Shown piece by piece: positions 34,941 through 44,872 of a stretch of 64,000 nucleotides of DNA (position 1 is the stretch's first letter; every line of letters starts with the position of its first letter). The notes below the pieces were generated by a model. That model saw only the letters and a list, made by a program, of their open reading frames with translations. It was not told the DNA's origin and searched no databases. The position numbers were made by a program, and so were the translations under genes. The stretch is from sequence record OZ335964.1. One strand, given 5' to 3'. The DNA is from a phage.

Positions 34941-36353
34941 TTAGAAAGTCATGTTATTTGCTAGCTCGTCGAGTTTTTCTCGTTTCTCGGCTTGCTGTGC
35001 GCTTTGTGGTTTAACTTGTGCATTCTCCTGATCTGCGATCTGGTTTGGAACTTCATACCAACGCTGATTTCCTTTTTTCACACCAACGTTAAACCGTGAA
35101 TAGTAGTTCTTATCGCCGTAACGAGACTTGATCTGCTTCATGAGTTGAACGCCCATTTTAGCAAGGTCTTCGGTTTCGATAACACCCAACATAAAATCGG
35201 CTGTAGCCGGAAGACCTGCTGATTCAGCGGTATCACTCATGTTAAGGTCTGACGCATCCCAACCCGCGCGGGTAGTCTGTGCCGCAGTCCAACCAACAAC
35301 ATCCCACTTAACAAAAAAACCTCGCAGTTCTTCCGCAATCGCCTTAACTAGTGTGTAACTATTTTCAGAGTATACACGCAAGCGAGACGATGCGCAAATC
35401 CCCAGATAGTCAACAATCACAACATCAGGTTTAAACTGTTTCTTGAGTCGCAATTCATTCATTAACGCCTCAAAGTGATTGGAGTTCGCGCCACCAGTCG
35501 GATACTGCTTGATCATCAATTTTCCAACCGGACGATCTCCGATCTTCTTATTCTTAACACGCTTCATACGTGCGGAATATTCCGCAAAAGAAACATTACC
35601 ATTATCCAATTCATCTAATGTAATGTCAAGCAAGTTTGCGTCAATACGTTTGGCTACGACATGCTCTGCCATCTCCATTGAGATATACAATACATCATAA
35701 CCACATTCCATATAATCCGCAGCAAGAGAACACAATCCAAGCGATTTACCAACATTTACACCAGCAAGCAACACATTTAGCGTTTTTCTTTCCGCCCCTC
35801 CTTTCGTGATTTTATTCAACATCGGCAGCTTAAACGGGATCTTATTCGCTTTAGTCTGATATAGCAAGAATCGTTTTTCAAAGTCATTAAACCAGTCATG
35901 ACCTACATCAGAATCAAACGTAATGGATAGTGCTTCCTGCATGATCTCAGGAATAGCTCCCTCACCCGGCAATTTCTTATTCTGTTTCTCTTTTGGTAGT
36001 TGTGCGTTCGCTTGAATCTCTAGCGCCCGTGACATTGCATTGTACATAGCGCGGTCGCGGATAAATTTTTCGGTTTCCTTCATTAACCAATCAAGGTCTT
36101 CCGGTGTATTCTCCAGCGAATCGAGAAGAGTTTTAGCCCCTTCATATGTTGTCTGATTGCCTCTCTCCTTGTCTAAAGCAATCTGTAATGCAGTTGGCGT
36201 AGGAATGTTGGAATATTCGTCTACGTGCTTTTTAATCAGCTTATAAATCAGTTTTTCTTCGTCTTCGGTGAAGTAGTCCGCTTTAAGATGAGGCCATACA
36301 TTCGTAAAGAATGCGCCATTGTAAATCAACTGTGAAAAGATAGTTTTAATCAT
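34941..36353 (-). CDS. 41: replicative DNA helicase gp41 (DnaB family)
   Basis: 470 aa; Walker A GVNVGKS and DnaB-like blocks; located between uvsX and primase as in T4. Confidence 0.9.
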   Translation of the reverse strand: MIKTIFSQLIYNGAFFTNVWPHLKADYFTEDEEKLIYKLIKKHVDEYSNIPTPTALQIALDKERGNQTTYEGAKTLLDSLENTPEDLDWLMKETEKFIRDRAMYNAMSRALEIQANAQLPKEKQNKKLPGEGAIPEIMQEALSITFDSDVGHDWFNDFEKRFLLYQTKANKIPFKLPMLNKITKGGAERKTLNVLLAGVNVGKSLGLCSLAADYMECGYDVLYISMEMAEHVVAKRIDANLLDITLDELDNGNVSFAEYSARMKRVKNKKIGDRPVGKLMIKQYPTGGANSNHFEALMNELRLKKQFKPDVVIVDYLGICASSRLRVYSENSYTLVKAIAEELRGFFVKWDVVGWTAAQTTRAGWDASDLNMSDTAESAGLPATADFMLGVIETEDLAKMGVQLMKQIKSRYGDKNYYSRFNVGVKKGNQRWYEVPNQIADQENAQVKPQSAQQAEKREKLDELANNMTF

Positions 36354-36667
36354 ACATAGCCCCCAACTACACGCATAACAAAGGTCTTGAGTTTATACCA
36401 GAAAGTTTCTTTTTTCAACTTTTCTTCTGCTTCTTTGATTTGCGCTGTTAACGCCTTAATGACGTGAGGATATACCACATCACGATCTGACGGCGTGGAG
36501 TAGTCGACCACAATACCTTTAGTGTCTGGATCGTATTCAACATTATGAATATAGACAATATGATGTTCTCCCTCTTCATCAACAATTATCAATTCCTGAA
36601 TAACTGTCTTCATTGCTTCTTGAATCAAGCCGTGTGCTTCTTCTAAACTGGTTGGTTTCTTATCCAT
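36350..36667 (-). CDS. hypothetical protein (105 aa) at the gene-40 position
   Basis: ATGA overlap with gene 41 start; GAGAGG SD; identity with gp40 not verified. Confidence 0.5.
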   Translation of the reverse strand: MDKKPTSLEEAHGLIQEAMKTVIQELIIVDEEGEHHIVYIHNVEYDPDTKGIVVDYSTPSDRDVVYPHVIKALTAQIKEAEEKLKKETFWYKLKTFVMRVVGGYV

Positions 36668-36688
36668 AATATAATCCTCTCTAGATAT

Positions 36689-36710
36689 GAAAAAGGGGCA
36701 CGTAGCCCCT
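36689..36710 (-). terminator. rho-independent terminator after uvsX
   Basis: Minus-strand hairpin AGGGGC-TACGT-GCCCCT followed by TTTTTC. Confidence 0.55.
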
Positions 36711-36722
36711 TTACTACCATTG

Positions 36723-37793
36723 TTATGCTAACATATCTTCGATTTCTTTGTCAACTGCTTCGTCGCTGATCACTTGCCCCAGCTTATAATGATCGTTGAT
36801 TGCTTCGTTAAACTTATCGTTTGTCAGAAGTGGTTTCCAGAACTCAATGCTATTGGTTTCTTTAGCACGGAACTTGCGTTCTTCGGTTTCCATCTCTCCG
36901 GTCTCCGTATTCAGGATTGAACGAGAATACCAGCCGTTTGACGGTTTCACTACCCAACCTAACTCTACAGCCAACTCCAGCAAACCGGAATAAGGATCGA
37001 TGCCACCGCTAAACGTTACGCTAATCGGGAACTTAGATTTTTCTTTAACGGTTCGTGATTTTTCCGCATTCAGGATAAAATCATAGCCAGTAATTTCGGT
37101 TCCTTCTTTCTGCTGACGACGACCAATAATGAAAACTTCATTGGCTGAATACATCGCGCCCGTACCGCCGGACATAACGGTCTTACTAAACATTTCTTGC
37201 GTTTCGTAAGTGTGGTTAATAGCGATGCACGGGATATCATTCATAGTCAGATATGGCGTCACCATACGGAACAAGCCTTTAAGTGCTTTAGCTCGCGTCA
37301 TATCCTGTGCGGATTTCTCATTAATCGCGTCTTCAACTTCTTTTTTACTTGCTAAGTTACCGATTGAGTCAATAAAGATGATCACTTTATCTTCACGGGT
37401 AATTTGCTCAAGCTGGTTCATGATTTCAAATTTAAGTTCTTCGATGTTCTTGATTGGAACATGCACCACGCGATCAGGATCTACACCCATAGATTCAAGA
37501 TAAGCGGATGTAATACCGAACTCAGAATCAAAGAACAAACACGCCGCATCAGGATTCTGTTTCATGTATGCACTAACGCAAGTTAATCCCATGTTTGATT
37601 TAAAGTGCTTAGACGGACCAGCAAAGAAAATCAGACCAGATTGAAAGCCTTTTTTAAGATCACCGGAAAACGCAATATTCAGCATCGGGATCTTAGTGCG
37701 AGTATTTGTTTTTTCGTTAAAGAAGCTGGATTTAGACAGTACCGCAGTAGTTTTCAGGGTAGAGTTCTTTTTCAGTTTTTCCAGTACAGACAT
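36723..37793 (-). CDS. uvsX: UvsX recombinase (RecA-like)
   Basis: 356 aa; Walker A GPSKHFKS and RecA-fold blocks; AGAGGT SD. Confidence 0.9.
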   Translation of the reverse strand: MSVLEKLKKNSTLKTTAVLSKSSFFNEKTNTRTKIPMLNIAFSGDLKKGFQSGLIFFAGPSKHFKSNMGLTCVSAYMKQNPDAACLFFDSEFGITSAYLESMGVDPDRVVHVPIKNIEELKFEIMNQLEQITREDKVIIFIDSIGNLASKKEVEDAINEKSAQDMTRAKALKGLFRMVTPYLTMNDIPCIAINHTYETQEMFSKTVMSGGTGAMYSANEVFIIGRRQQKEGTEITGYDFILNAEKSRTVKEKSKFPISVTFSGGIDPYSGLLELAVELGWVVKPSNGWYSRSILNTETGEMETEERKFRAKETNSIEFWKPLLTNDKFNEAINDHYKLGQVISDEAVDKEIEDMLA

Positions 37794-37804
37794 TATTAAT
37801 ACCT

Positions 37805-37993
37805 CTATTCAGTTAATCCGTAATACTTTAATTGCTTCATTGTTATTCGATCTTTGTAGTGCTCTTGAATTAACTTTTTCATCGCATCAACATCGATCGT
37901 CACAAATACTTCGTTGCTGTGATTTCCGTGAACTTTCTTGAAATGCTCTATGCCTTCCTCACGTTCACGTTTAATCTTTTCAATGTCTCTCAT
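37805..37993 (-). CDS. hypothetical protein (62 aa)
   Basis: Track ORF starts at GTG; first ATG is M14; only gene in the uvsX-43 gap. Confidence 0.4.
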   Translation of the reverse strand: MRDIEKIKREREEGIEHFKKVHGNHSNEVFVTIDVDAMKKLIQEHYKDRITMKQLKYYGLTE

Positions 37994-38054
37994 AGTATAT
38001 TTCTCACGTTGGCGGGTATCGTCACCCAACACCCGCCATTATACACACTTTATC

Positions 38055-39239
38055 TTAAATGTCAAACAGGTCAGTCAGAGAAGCAACTTTTTCATATTGC
38101 AGCTTTGCAGCCGTGGTAATGTTCTCCAGTGGTTTGACGAAAGTCTTATTAAACAACAAAGGCCAGTCTAACCACTTTAACACCTCGCTTTCAATTTCTG
38201 GAGGAATACGAGTACCGGACAACCAACCAAAACAGATTTCTCCAAACGGATTTCGATCTTTAAGCGGTACGATCATAACCTTCTCGCCTTCACGAATCGG
38301 ATCTAGTCCGAATTTTCGAGCATTACGATTATAACACAATACACTCTTAACCGCATACGGACAACCCTTAATCGGATACCCGTTTGAATCGCTGTATTTC
38401 TGTAGGTTGTTTGCAGATGATACCGCAGCAACCTCAAGATAGTCAAGTTTTCTAAACTCTTGCTCAAAAATACCGTAGTATTCCTGTAGCGATTCTTCCC
38501 CTTCCTGCAACATACGGCGAATACATTCTTTCAGTGATTTCTGACATGCTTTAGGGGTGGAGCTACGTTGCGTTTCCAAGCCCATGATTTTTAGCTTAGG
38601 TTCAGCAAAGCGCGTTCCTTCCATATCCCAAACATTAAGAGCATAACGCTTTTTGCCAGTCCAGAATCCACCGATACCCGCAGATTTCAACGGAGGACCA
38701 GCAATTGCCTCACGGTCCATAAACATCAAGTGCTCATAGTTATTCATGTACTCGCATAACTCGCGATATCCCTTGTCGATAATAGGTTCCATCCGATGTT
38801 TACCGAAATTATCAAGGAAGTCAACAAGTTTTTCGGTATCGTCGAAACGGTCTTCCCCGCCAACCTTATCAACAACATTGTTAACCAGCACATAAACGGA
38901 GTCAGTATCACAATAACGAACATATGCAAAATCAGTTGTTCCGCAAAGCTCGTTTAAGTATTCGTTAATCTTACGCTCAATCCATCTAATAGCGACCTGT
39001 CCAAATAGCGTAATCGCACTAGCATTACGCAGATCGTATAGGCGGAAACGTGGATTCCCAAGCGCGCCATAAAGGCTATTAATCAATACCTTACGAGAAA
39101 GCTGGTTTGTATTACATAAAACCGATTCGTTTTGACAATAGGTTAATAACTGCTTTAACTCATCTACAGACATTGACTCGAATTGTTCTAGCTGTTCGTC
39201 GGTGAAGTCTGAACGAACATCAATATTTTTAATATCCAA
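38055..39239 (-). CDS. 43: DNA polymerase gp43, C-terminal fragment (palm motifs B and C, thumb)
   Basis: Contains KILINSLYGALG (motif B) and YCDTDSVYV (motif C); begins at a TTG preceded by strong GGGGGTGA SD; no in-frame ATG nearby. Confidence 0.85.
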   Translation of the reverse strand: MDIKNIDVRSDFTDEQLEQFESMSVDELKQLLTYCQNESVLCNTNQLSRKVLINSLYGALGNPRFRLYDLRNASAITLFGQVAIRWIERKINEYLNELCGTTDFAYVRYCDTDSVYVLVNNVVDKVGGEDRFDDTEKLVDFLDNFGKHRMEPIIDKGYRELCEYMNNYEHLMFMDREAIAGPPLKSAGIGGFWTGKKRYALNVWDMEGTRFAEPKLKIMGLETQRSSTPKACQKSLKECIRRMLQEGEESLQEYYGIFEQEFRKLDYLEVAAVSSANNLQKYSDSNGYPIKGCPYAVKSVLCYNRNARKFGLDPIREGEKVMIVPLKDRNPFGEICFGWLSGTRIPPEIESEVLKWLDWPLLFNKTFVKPLENITTAAKLQYEKVASLTDLFDI

Positions 39240-39816
39240 TATTTCACCCCCATCAACGATTAATGTATAATTGCATATTCGCCATGATATTGTACTATAT
39301 GCCTATTATACGCGTCAATAGCTTCTTCTTCCGAATCAAAGTATCCTATATGATGCGTCTCGTGGTTTACTGTTATTCGAACACGCCATTTATCATAACC
39401 TCTCACCTTTGAGATTCCTTTGTATTTTGAAGTCCTTCCCTCAATAGAAATTGATCCATTGCTATTAATCTGATTTTCGTTATGAGAAGCCGCCCTTAAA
39501 TTTTCAATTCTATTATTGGTTCGAACTCTATCAACATGATCTATTTGAGTTTTTCCATTAATAGGTCTTTCCTTGCTAGGACAATGACCATGAAACATAT
39601 GGTATATCACACGATGAATTTTTCTAGCTTTGCCATCTATCCAAACTTTGCAATATCCTTGCTTGTCAGGAAACCTCCCGATCACCTGACCTTTTTGTGC
39701 TTGACTGCTGGTAGATATCTTTCTAATCAATATTCCATCGTCATATTGAAATAATCTGTGATAGAGTTCATAAAGTCTCTTATCTTCGTCATTGTAATGA
39801 ATAACTTGATACATCA
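39240..39816 (-). mobile_element. HNH endonuclease cassette interrupting gene 43
   Basis: Free-standing HNH ORF lies exactly between the two halves of an otherwise collinear B-family polymerase. Confidence 0.7.
39260..39814 (-). CDS. HNH homing endonuclease (HNH_3 + AP2 domain) inside gene 43
   Basis: QIDHVDRVRTNNRIENLRAASHNEN HNH motif; AP2-like KYKGISKVRGYDKWRVRI; ATG overlaps the stop of the polymerase N-fragment (TGATG). Confidence 0.85.
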   Translation of the reverse strand: MYQVIHYNDEDKRLYELYHRLFQYDDGILIRKISTSSQAQKGQVIGRFPDKQGYCKVWIDGKARKIHRVIYHMFHGHCPSKERPINGKTQIDHVDRVRTNNRIENLRAASHNENQINSNGSISIEGRTSKYKGISKVRGYDKWRVRITVNHETHHIGYFDSEEEAIDAYNRHIVQYHGEYAIIH

Positions 39817-41301
39817 CAACTCACCTCGCTTCTTCAATATTTCTTTTATTCGTTCAGCATTACGGTCACACGCCAACATCATGTTTTTGTACTGCTTACG
39901 CTGATCGAATACTTTCTTGATCTCAATCGGTATAATTCCATGAATATCTTTACGATACATCCAACCGTTAGGAGAACACGAGTATTCATCGCTAGGTCGT
40001 GGTGCTGTCTTATTAACATAATCATCAATTGGCGCGGCTTCAAACGATCCAGCGATTGTTTCCGGCGAAATGTTAACCTGTCGAATAATAGATGGGTACA
40101 GACTTGTTAAGTCAAAGCTCATCATCCAACGGTAAGCATTAGGTACTGGCTCTTTTACGAATGCGCCCGGATAAGTCTGCTTAGGCTGTATCTTATTTTC
40201 CGGTACTACTTTACCCTCAGCTTTCAGAGATCCGAAGATAATAGCATCCCATACTTTCATCGGGTTATAAACATGGTTAAATTTAATCTTTGCATAGAAA
40301 CATAGACTATACACAAGATCGATAAATCCACGCTTTTTATCAATCGCCAGCACACGATCAACGTCGCCGATGTTATAATCGATGTAAAGTTGATGGTTAT
40401 CATCACGCAATTTCTTTAACGGACCATCATAATCAACCTTACCGATTCCTGTCTCATATTCAGCAACATAATCTAATGCATATGTTGGTTGAGTCGTAAA
40501 GCTAAATTTCTTGTATAAGTCAATGTAGTCAAGGCTTTCGATCCCCATGATCGTAAATGCTTCACGCTCGTTGCCAAAATCATCCTGTGAGATTCGGGAT
40601 TTAATCTTACCGCACGGGCTTAGACGGTTAGCGGTTCTACTTCCGAACTTATTACTGATACGTTTAATGATATATGGAATATCGAATGTTTCTGTGTTCC
40701 AGCCAGTGAAACCAACGGGTCGGTTTTCCTCAAAGAATCGGATGTATTCTAACAGCAATTCATCTTCTGTATCATAGACGTTATAAACAACGCGCTCTAC
40801 AATATCAGGTCGAAGAATAGACTTTCTTGCTTCCCAGATTTCACCGTTTTTTCCTTTCAAATCAAACACAAAGAAACGATCATGTACGGAATCATAATGC
40901 GTAATTGCATCGATAGGATATTTCGCTTCTTCTGGTTTAGGAAATTCCGGTGCAGTGACCTCGATATCAACCCATGCTACACGGATTTTATTTCGGTCAT
41001 ATCGAATCTCGCCTTTATATGTATCGGACAGATAGGAGATGATAAAATCATCCATCCCTAGCGCCTCTTGCCCCATTTCCCCCATCTTTTTACGCCATTT
41101 GTTGGCCTCGTTCATAGATGGGAATTTTTTAGCAATGCAAGGCTTGCCATAGATATCTTTATAATTTGTAACCATACCAGGCGCGGCATGATGAAATAAA
41201 GTTGGCGTATATTCAACGTAACGCTCTTGTTCTTGTCCAGCATCATCAATATAACGCTCGTAGATCTTATCACCTACTCGCTCACATGACAGAAAATACA
41301 T
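39814..41301 (-). CDS. 43: DNA polymerase gp43, N-terminal fragment (3'-5' exonuclease + motif A)
   Basis: Exo I AWVDIEVT and polymerase motif A DLTSLYPSII; start set to M11 with GAAGGAG SD (track start is GTG). Confidence 0.85.
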   Translation of the reverse strand: MYFLSCERVGDKIYERYIDDAGQEQERYVEYTPTLFHHAAPGMVTNYKDIYGKPCIAKKFPSMNEANKWRKKMGEMGQEALGMDDFIISYLSDTYKGEIRYDRNKIRVAWVDIEVTAPEFPKPEEAKYPIDAITHYDSVHDRFFVFDLKGKNGEIWEARKSILRPDIVERVVYNVYDTEDELLLEYIRFFEENRPVGFTGWNTETFDIPYIIKRISNKFGSRTANRLSPCGKIKSRISQDDFGNEREAFTIMGIESLDYIDLYKKFSFTTQPTYALDYVAEYETGIGKVDYDGPLKKLRDDNHQLYIDYNIGDVDRVLAIDKKRGFIDLVYSLCFYAKIKFNHVYNPMKVWDAIIFGSLKAEGKVVPENKIQPKQTYPGAFVKEPVPNAYRWMMSFDLTSLYPSIIRQVNISPETIAGSFEAAPIDDYVNKTAPRPSDEYSCSPNGWMYRKDIHGIIPIEIKKVFDQRKQYKNMMLACDRNAERIKEILKKRGEL

Positions 41302-41383
41302 AATATAAACTCCTTCACTTACGAAAGACACTCATTATAGGGGAATCGACTTAGTTTGTCAATACCCCTATCCCATCAGTATC

Positions 41384-41746
41384 TTATCGCCCGATCTGAT
41401 ATTTCTCGATCAGCGTCCACTCTTCTTTCTGTTTAAAAGACAGTACACGGAAATTATTAACTTCTGTAGTTTCAAAATCACTATCAATCAGGGTGCATAG
41501 ATTCCACTGCGCAAGAAGTTTTGCAATATTATTACGGCGCAATTCATCTTCCCACGTCATCTTAACACTACGACCATCTAATTTCAACAACTCCTTGAAA
41601 TGAACGATGTAATAGCGCCCCTTCTTCTGGAGAATATGACAAGACTGATACAGTGTCTTGTCTCGATTGTTGGCAATGCCGCAGCGGGTTAAAGTCTCCT
41701 TAATTTTAAGGAAGTTTTCAGGATTAATCAAATTAATTTCAATCAT
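41384..41746 (-). CDS. regA: RegA translational repressor
   Basis: 120 aa; near-identical blocks to T4 RegA (CHILQKKG, YYIVHFKE, NNFRVISFKQK); AAGGTGG SD. Confidence 0.85.
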   Translation of the reverse strand: MIEINLINPENFLKIKETLTRCGIANNRDKTLYQSCHILQKKGRYYIVHFKELLKLDGRSVKMTWEDELRRNNIAKLLAQWNLCTLIDSDFETTEVNNFRVLSFKQKEEWTLIEKYQIGR

Positions 41747-41747
41747 T

Positions 41748-42326
41748 TTACCACCTTTCTATAATCTTTTTAAGTCGTTTCCTTTCTGTCTGATTCTTAG
41801 TAACACCCGCCAAAAGTTCATCGGTCGCATACGGTTTAATGTGCTTCAATAACTTGTCCATATATCCCTTTTCATTAGCCAAATCGAGATAAAATCGGGC
41901 GTCATCCATATTTACACAATATGCTTTCGCCACTGCCATTAAAACCAATTTTTGGTCTAATTCTTCTGTTAGTTTAGCCCATTTACCGTATCGTTTCCCC
42001 TTAGAAATACTCTGTAAGAGATAATCAAAATGCATTTGATCTGGGAGGCCATGACCGATTAAATTCATCACATACGCGCTATATAGGCAATCTGCGTGCT
42101 GGGAAAGAGCGGTATTAATCCATCTCTGATTGTATGCAGAATTATTCCCAACATTAACGCGCTGTTTATCTAAGGTGATATGATCCATCAGAGCAAATAA
42201 TGCATTGTCGGTTTTCTCGGTGAATGTGTCCGCTAGTTCAGACACTTTTTCCCAATCACGAGAGCGCCATGCAATTTCATGCTCGTTTAATTGTGTATCA
42301 TCTTCACCGAAAAATTGACCTAACAT
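41748..42326 (-). CDS. 62: clamp loader small subunit gp62 (by synteny and size)
   Basis: 192 aa between gp44 and regA; TAATG overlap with the gp44 stop. Confidence 0.65.
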   Translation of the reverse strand: MLGQFFGEDDTQLNEHEIAWRSRDWEKVSELADTFTEKTDNALFALMDHITLDKQRVNVGNNSAYNQRWINTALSQHADCLYSAYVMNLIGHGLPDQMHFDYLLQSISKGKRYGKWAKLTEELDQKLVLMAVAKAYCVNMDDARFYLDLANEKGYMDKLLKHIKPYATDELLAGVTKNQTERKRLKKIIERW

Positions 42327-43300
42327 TATACGAACTCCAATTCAACCATTAATTGCATTAACAAAAAGACAATGTGAATCTCTTTATCAGCCGCGTGCGC
42401 AAACATCTGATTATTTTCACCGATAATCTCGGTCAGTCGGATAATCGACGCTGGCTTAACTTGAGTATACAACTCATTATAAAGTTTCTTGACAAATTGA
42501 GCGTATGTGTTGGTATATCGCGGTGCTAGTTTACGCACATTAGCAAACTGTTTAGTTTTAAGTGCTTCCACCACATCGGTTACTTCGGTATTGCTACTTT
42601 CGATAACCATGCTCAATACGCCAGCATCAATTTTACCATGTTTAGCGTAGCGGTCCAAAAGTTTCATTACGCGCCGGAAGTCTGGGAAGTTCTGCTTAAC
42701 CAGTTCCGCCAATACGCGCATTTCTTCTACTGGCACACCTTCTTTATCAAGAATTGCTTTACACCGGACGATCATTTCTTTCATCATGCGAAGCTGATCA
42801 TCTTTGGTCGGAGATCCAAACGTGATTGGGTCAAATCGAGATCGCAACGCTGGGATAATACCTTCTAGATCATTTGCTGTAATGATGAATGTCACATTGT
42901 TTGAGTATGCCTCAGAGAAACTACGCAAGTGTCTTTGAGCATCAGCCAGCCCCGCTCGGTCATACTCATCGATAATAACAACTTTGCCTTTTTCTCGTTT
43001 TTCTTCATCGAGTGATACACTCTGCGCAAAGCGTGTAATCTCATCGCGGATAAAATCAATCTTACAATCTGCGCCGTTAACAAACAGATAATCAACACCC
43101 ACATCTTCGCAAAGCGCCTTAGCAACGGTTGTTTTACCAGTACCCGGCGATGGGCTATGCAGAATCATTGAAGGGATTCGGCCTTGCTTAACAATCTGCG
43201 CGAAGATCTTTTTATCTGCTTCCGGCAGAATACATTCAGAAATTGATTTCGGACGGTATTTCTGTTCCCACTGAAACTCATTTTCATTAACACTCAGCAT
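42326..43300 (-). CDS. 44: clamp loader large subunit gp44 (AAA+)
   Basis: Walker A SPGTGKTT, Walker B IIDEYD; start set to M6 with GAGAGGTGA SD (324 aa). Confidence 0.85.
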   Translation of the reverse strand: MLSVNENEFQWEQKYRPKSISECILPEADKKIFAQIVKQGRIPSMILHSPSPGTGKTTVAKALCEDVGVDYLFVNGADCKIDFIRDEITRFAQSVSLDEEKREKGKVVIIDEYDRAGLADAQRHLRSFSEAYSNNVTFIITANDLEGIIPALRSRFDPITFGSPTKDDQLRMMKEMIVRCKAILDKEGVPVEEMRVLAELVKQNFPDFRRVMKLLDRYAKHGKIDAGVLSMVIESSNTEVTDVVEALKTKQFANVRKLAPRYTNTYAQFVKKLYNELYTQVKPASIIRLTEIIGENNQMFAHAADKEIHIVFLLMQLMVELEFV

Positions 43301-43333
43301 ATAATCACCTCTCACAAATTACATCATTAAAAC

Positions 43334-43353
43334 GGGGAGTATTTACACTCCCC
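43334..43353 (-). other. intercistronic stem-loop between genes 45 and 44
   Basis: GGGGAGT-GTAAAT-ACTCCCC hairpin just after the gp45 stop; same stem sequence family as the promoter cassettes. Confidence 0.4.
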
Positions 43354-43365
43354 ACAAACATTATA

Positions 43366-44052
43366 TTAGTCGGTGTAGCTGGAGTCAAGGTCACACGCGA
43401 TCATATAAGATACGGTTTCACTTGCCAGCCATACAGCCTTACGGCGAGTGAAGCTCAGTTTGTAATCGCCGAAGTCAGTAGCAACCAGTTTCATGTTATC
43501 TTTACGAATAAAGAAATGGAAGTCTGCGGTTCCGGCATATTCGCCCATATCAAGACAAAACATCTCATTAGGATTATTTTTGTCAATCTCTTCCCAACCT
43601 TTGATCATCAGACGACCATCAATCGGTAGAAACTCAAGTCGATCCACTTTAAGCTGATTGCTCATTTTCATAAGCTGTTTCAGATCGTCGTTGCTCAGTT
43701 CGTAATCTACATCGCTTGCAGGTGGAGTAACTCTGCCTTTCGGTGATACGATAGCGGCAGCACTAGCACCAGGATAATTAATTTTCAGACGATCGTTAGA
43801 CACACGAATGTTACCAGTGCGGTTATCAACCGTAATATCTGCTTCATCACCTACCAGATTCAGAATACCCAGGAAAGAGTTAAGATCATAGATCCCGATT
43901 TCGTGTTCCAGTTCTTGATTCAGAGTCGCTTCACCATATACAACGTTTGTCATGTTTTTGGTGATCAGGACGTTTCCTTTTTTCAGGATGATACCTGGGT
44001 TAATAGCGGAAAAGTTTTTCAGGGTAGCAATGGTTTCTTTAGTCAGTTTCAT
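43366..44052 (-). CDS. 45: sliding clamp gp45
   Basis: 228 aa from the first ATG with AAGGTGA SD (track start is TTG); size and position match T4 gp45. Confidence 0.75.
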   Translation of the reverse strand: MKLTKETIATLKNFSAINPGIILKKGNVLITKNMTNVVYGEATLNQELEHEIGIYDLNSFLGILNLVGDEADITVDNRTGNIRVSNDRLKINYPGASAAAIVSPKGRVTPPASDVDYELSNDDLKQLMKMSNQLKVDRLEFLPIDGRLMIKGWEEIDKNNPNEMFCLDMGEYAGTADFHFFIRKDNMKLVATDFGDYKLSFTRRKAVWLASETVSYMIACDLDSSYTD

Positions 44053-44082
44053 CAAATCACCTTTATCATGTTAATCAATTAA

Positions 44083-44460
44083 TTACGGGTTTACTTCGTG
44101 CTCGTTTTGAATCTTTAGCATTCTTTCGATAAATTTTTTCTCGGCTTCCTTGTCGGAAGAGTGAGTATACTTCAATCCAATGTAAGCTGTCAAGTATTGT
44201 TGCAGAGCATAGACAGTAACAGGATTCTTTGCGGTCTTTTTGCCGTCGAGATATACCAGATCACCACGAACATCAAACGCAAGTTTACGACGAATTACAT
44301 CATCAACAAATTTATCTAGGACAAAATACCACTCAATACATTCTATCCCGTGACGGTAGTTCATTACATCATTATCTTTGATATAGTCAAACGGAATATG
44401 ACATAATTTACGATTTTGTAGGATGAATAGCATTTGTTCTTTTAAGCCCATACGTTTCAT
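44083..44460 (-). CDS. hypothetical protein at the rpbA position (possible RNA polymerase-binding protein)
   Basis: Immediately upstream of gene 45; start placed at M8 after the upstream stop; identity by synteny only. Confidence 0.4.
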   Translation of the reverse strand: MKRMGLKEQMLFILQNRKLCHIPFDYIKDNDVMNYRHGIECIEWYFVLDKFVDDVIRRKLAFDVRGDLVYLDGKKTAKNPVTVYALQQYLTAYIGLKYTHSSDKEAEKKFIERMLKIQNEHEVNP

Positions 44461-44464
44461 TCTA

Positions 44465-44842
44465 TCACTTCCCATCAGCAATTGCGATCAGACGAGTTAC
44501 TACTACGCTAGCGGCTTCAATCAGCAGTTCATCGGTGTCAATCTGATAACCCTTTTCGAGAATATCTTTACCACGAATAGTTTTAGCGCCTTTAGCAATT
44601 GAATCATCGTAATACTTGCGCATTGCCGCGATCCATTCTTTTTGCACCATATCATCAATATGCGCATACAGTTCAAAGCGTGCTTGCTGCGGGATAACCT
44701 TCATTTTAGCTTTCTCACTTTCCGGCATTTGCAGTACCCACGCTTTACGGATCTTGTTCATTGCTCGGTCAAATTCGAGGCTGGTTTTCTTGTTCTGAAT
44801 GTCTGCTACAGTAATTTTAGCCAGGTTTGCGGAAGTAGTCAT
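44465..44842 (-). CDS. hypothetical protein (125 aa)
   Basis: Track ORF starts at TTG; M6 ATG has GGAGA SD. Confidence 0.45.
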   Translation of the reverse strand: MTTSANLAKITVADIQNKKTSLEFDRAMNKIRKAWVLQMPESEKAKMKVIPQQARFELYAHIDDMVQKEWIAAMRKYYDDSIAKGAKTIRGKDILEKGYQIDTDELLIEAASVVVTRLIAIADGK

Positions 44843-44872
44843 AATATTAATCTCCAAAATAAAATCAGTATA

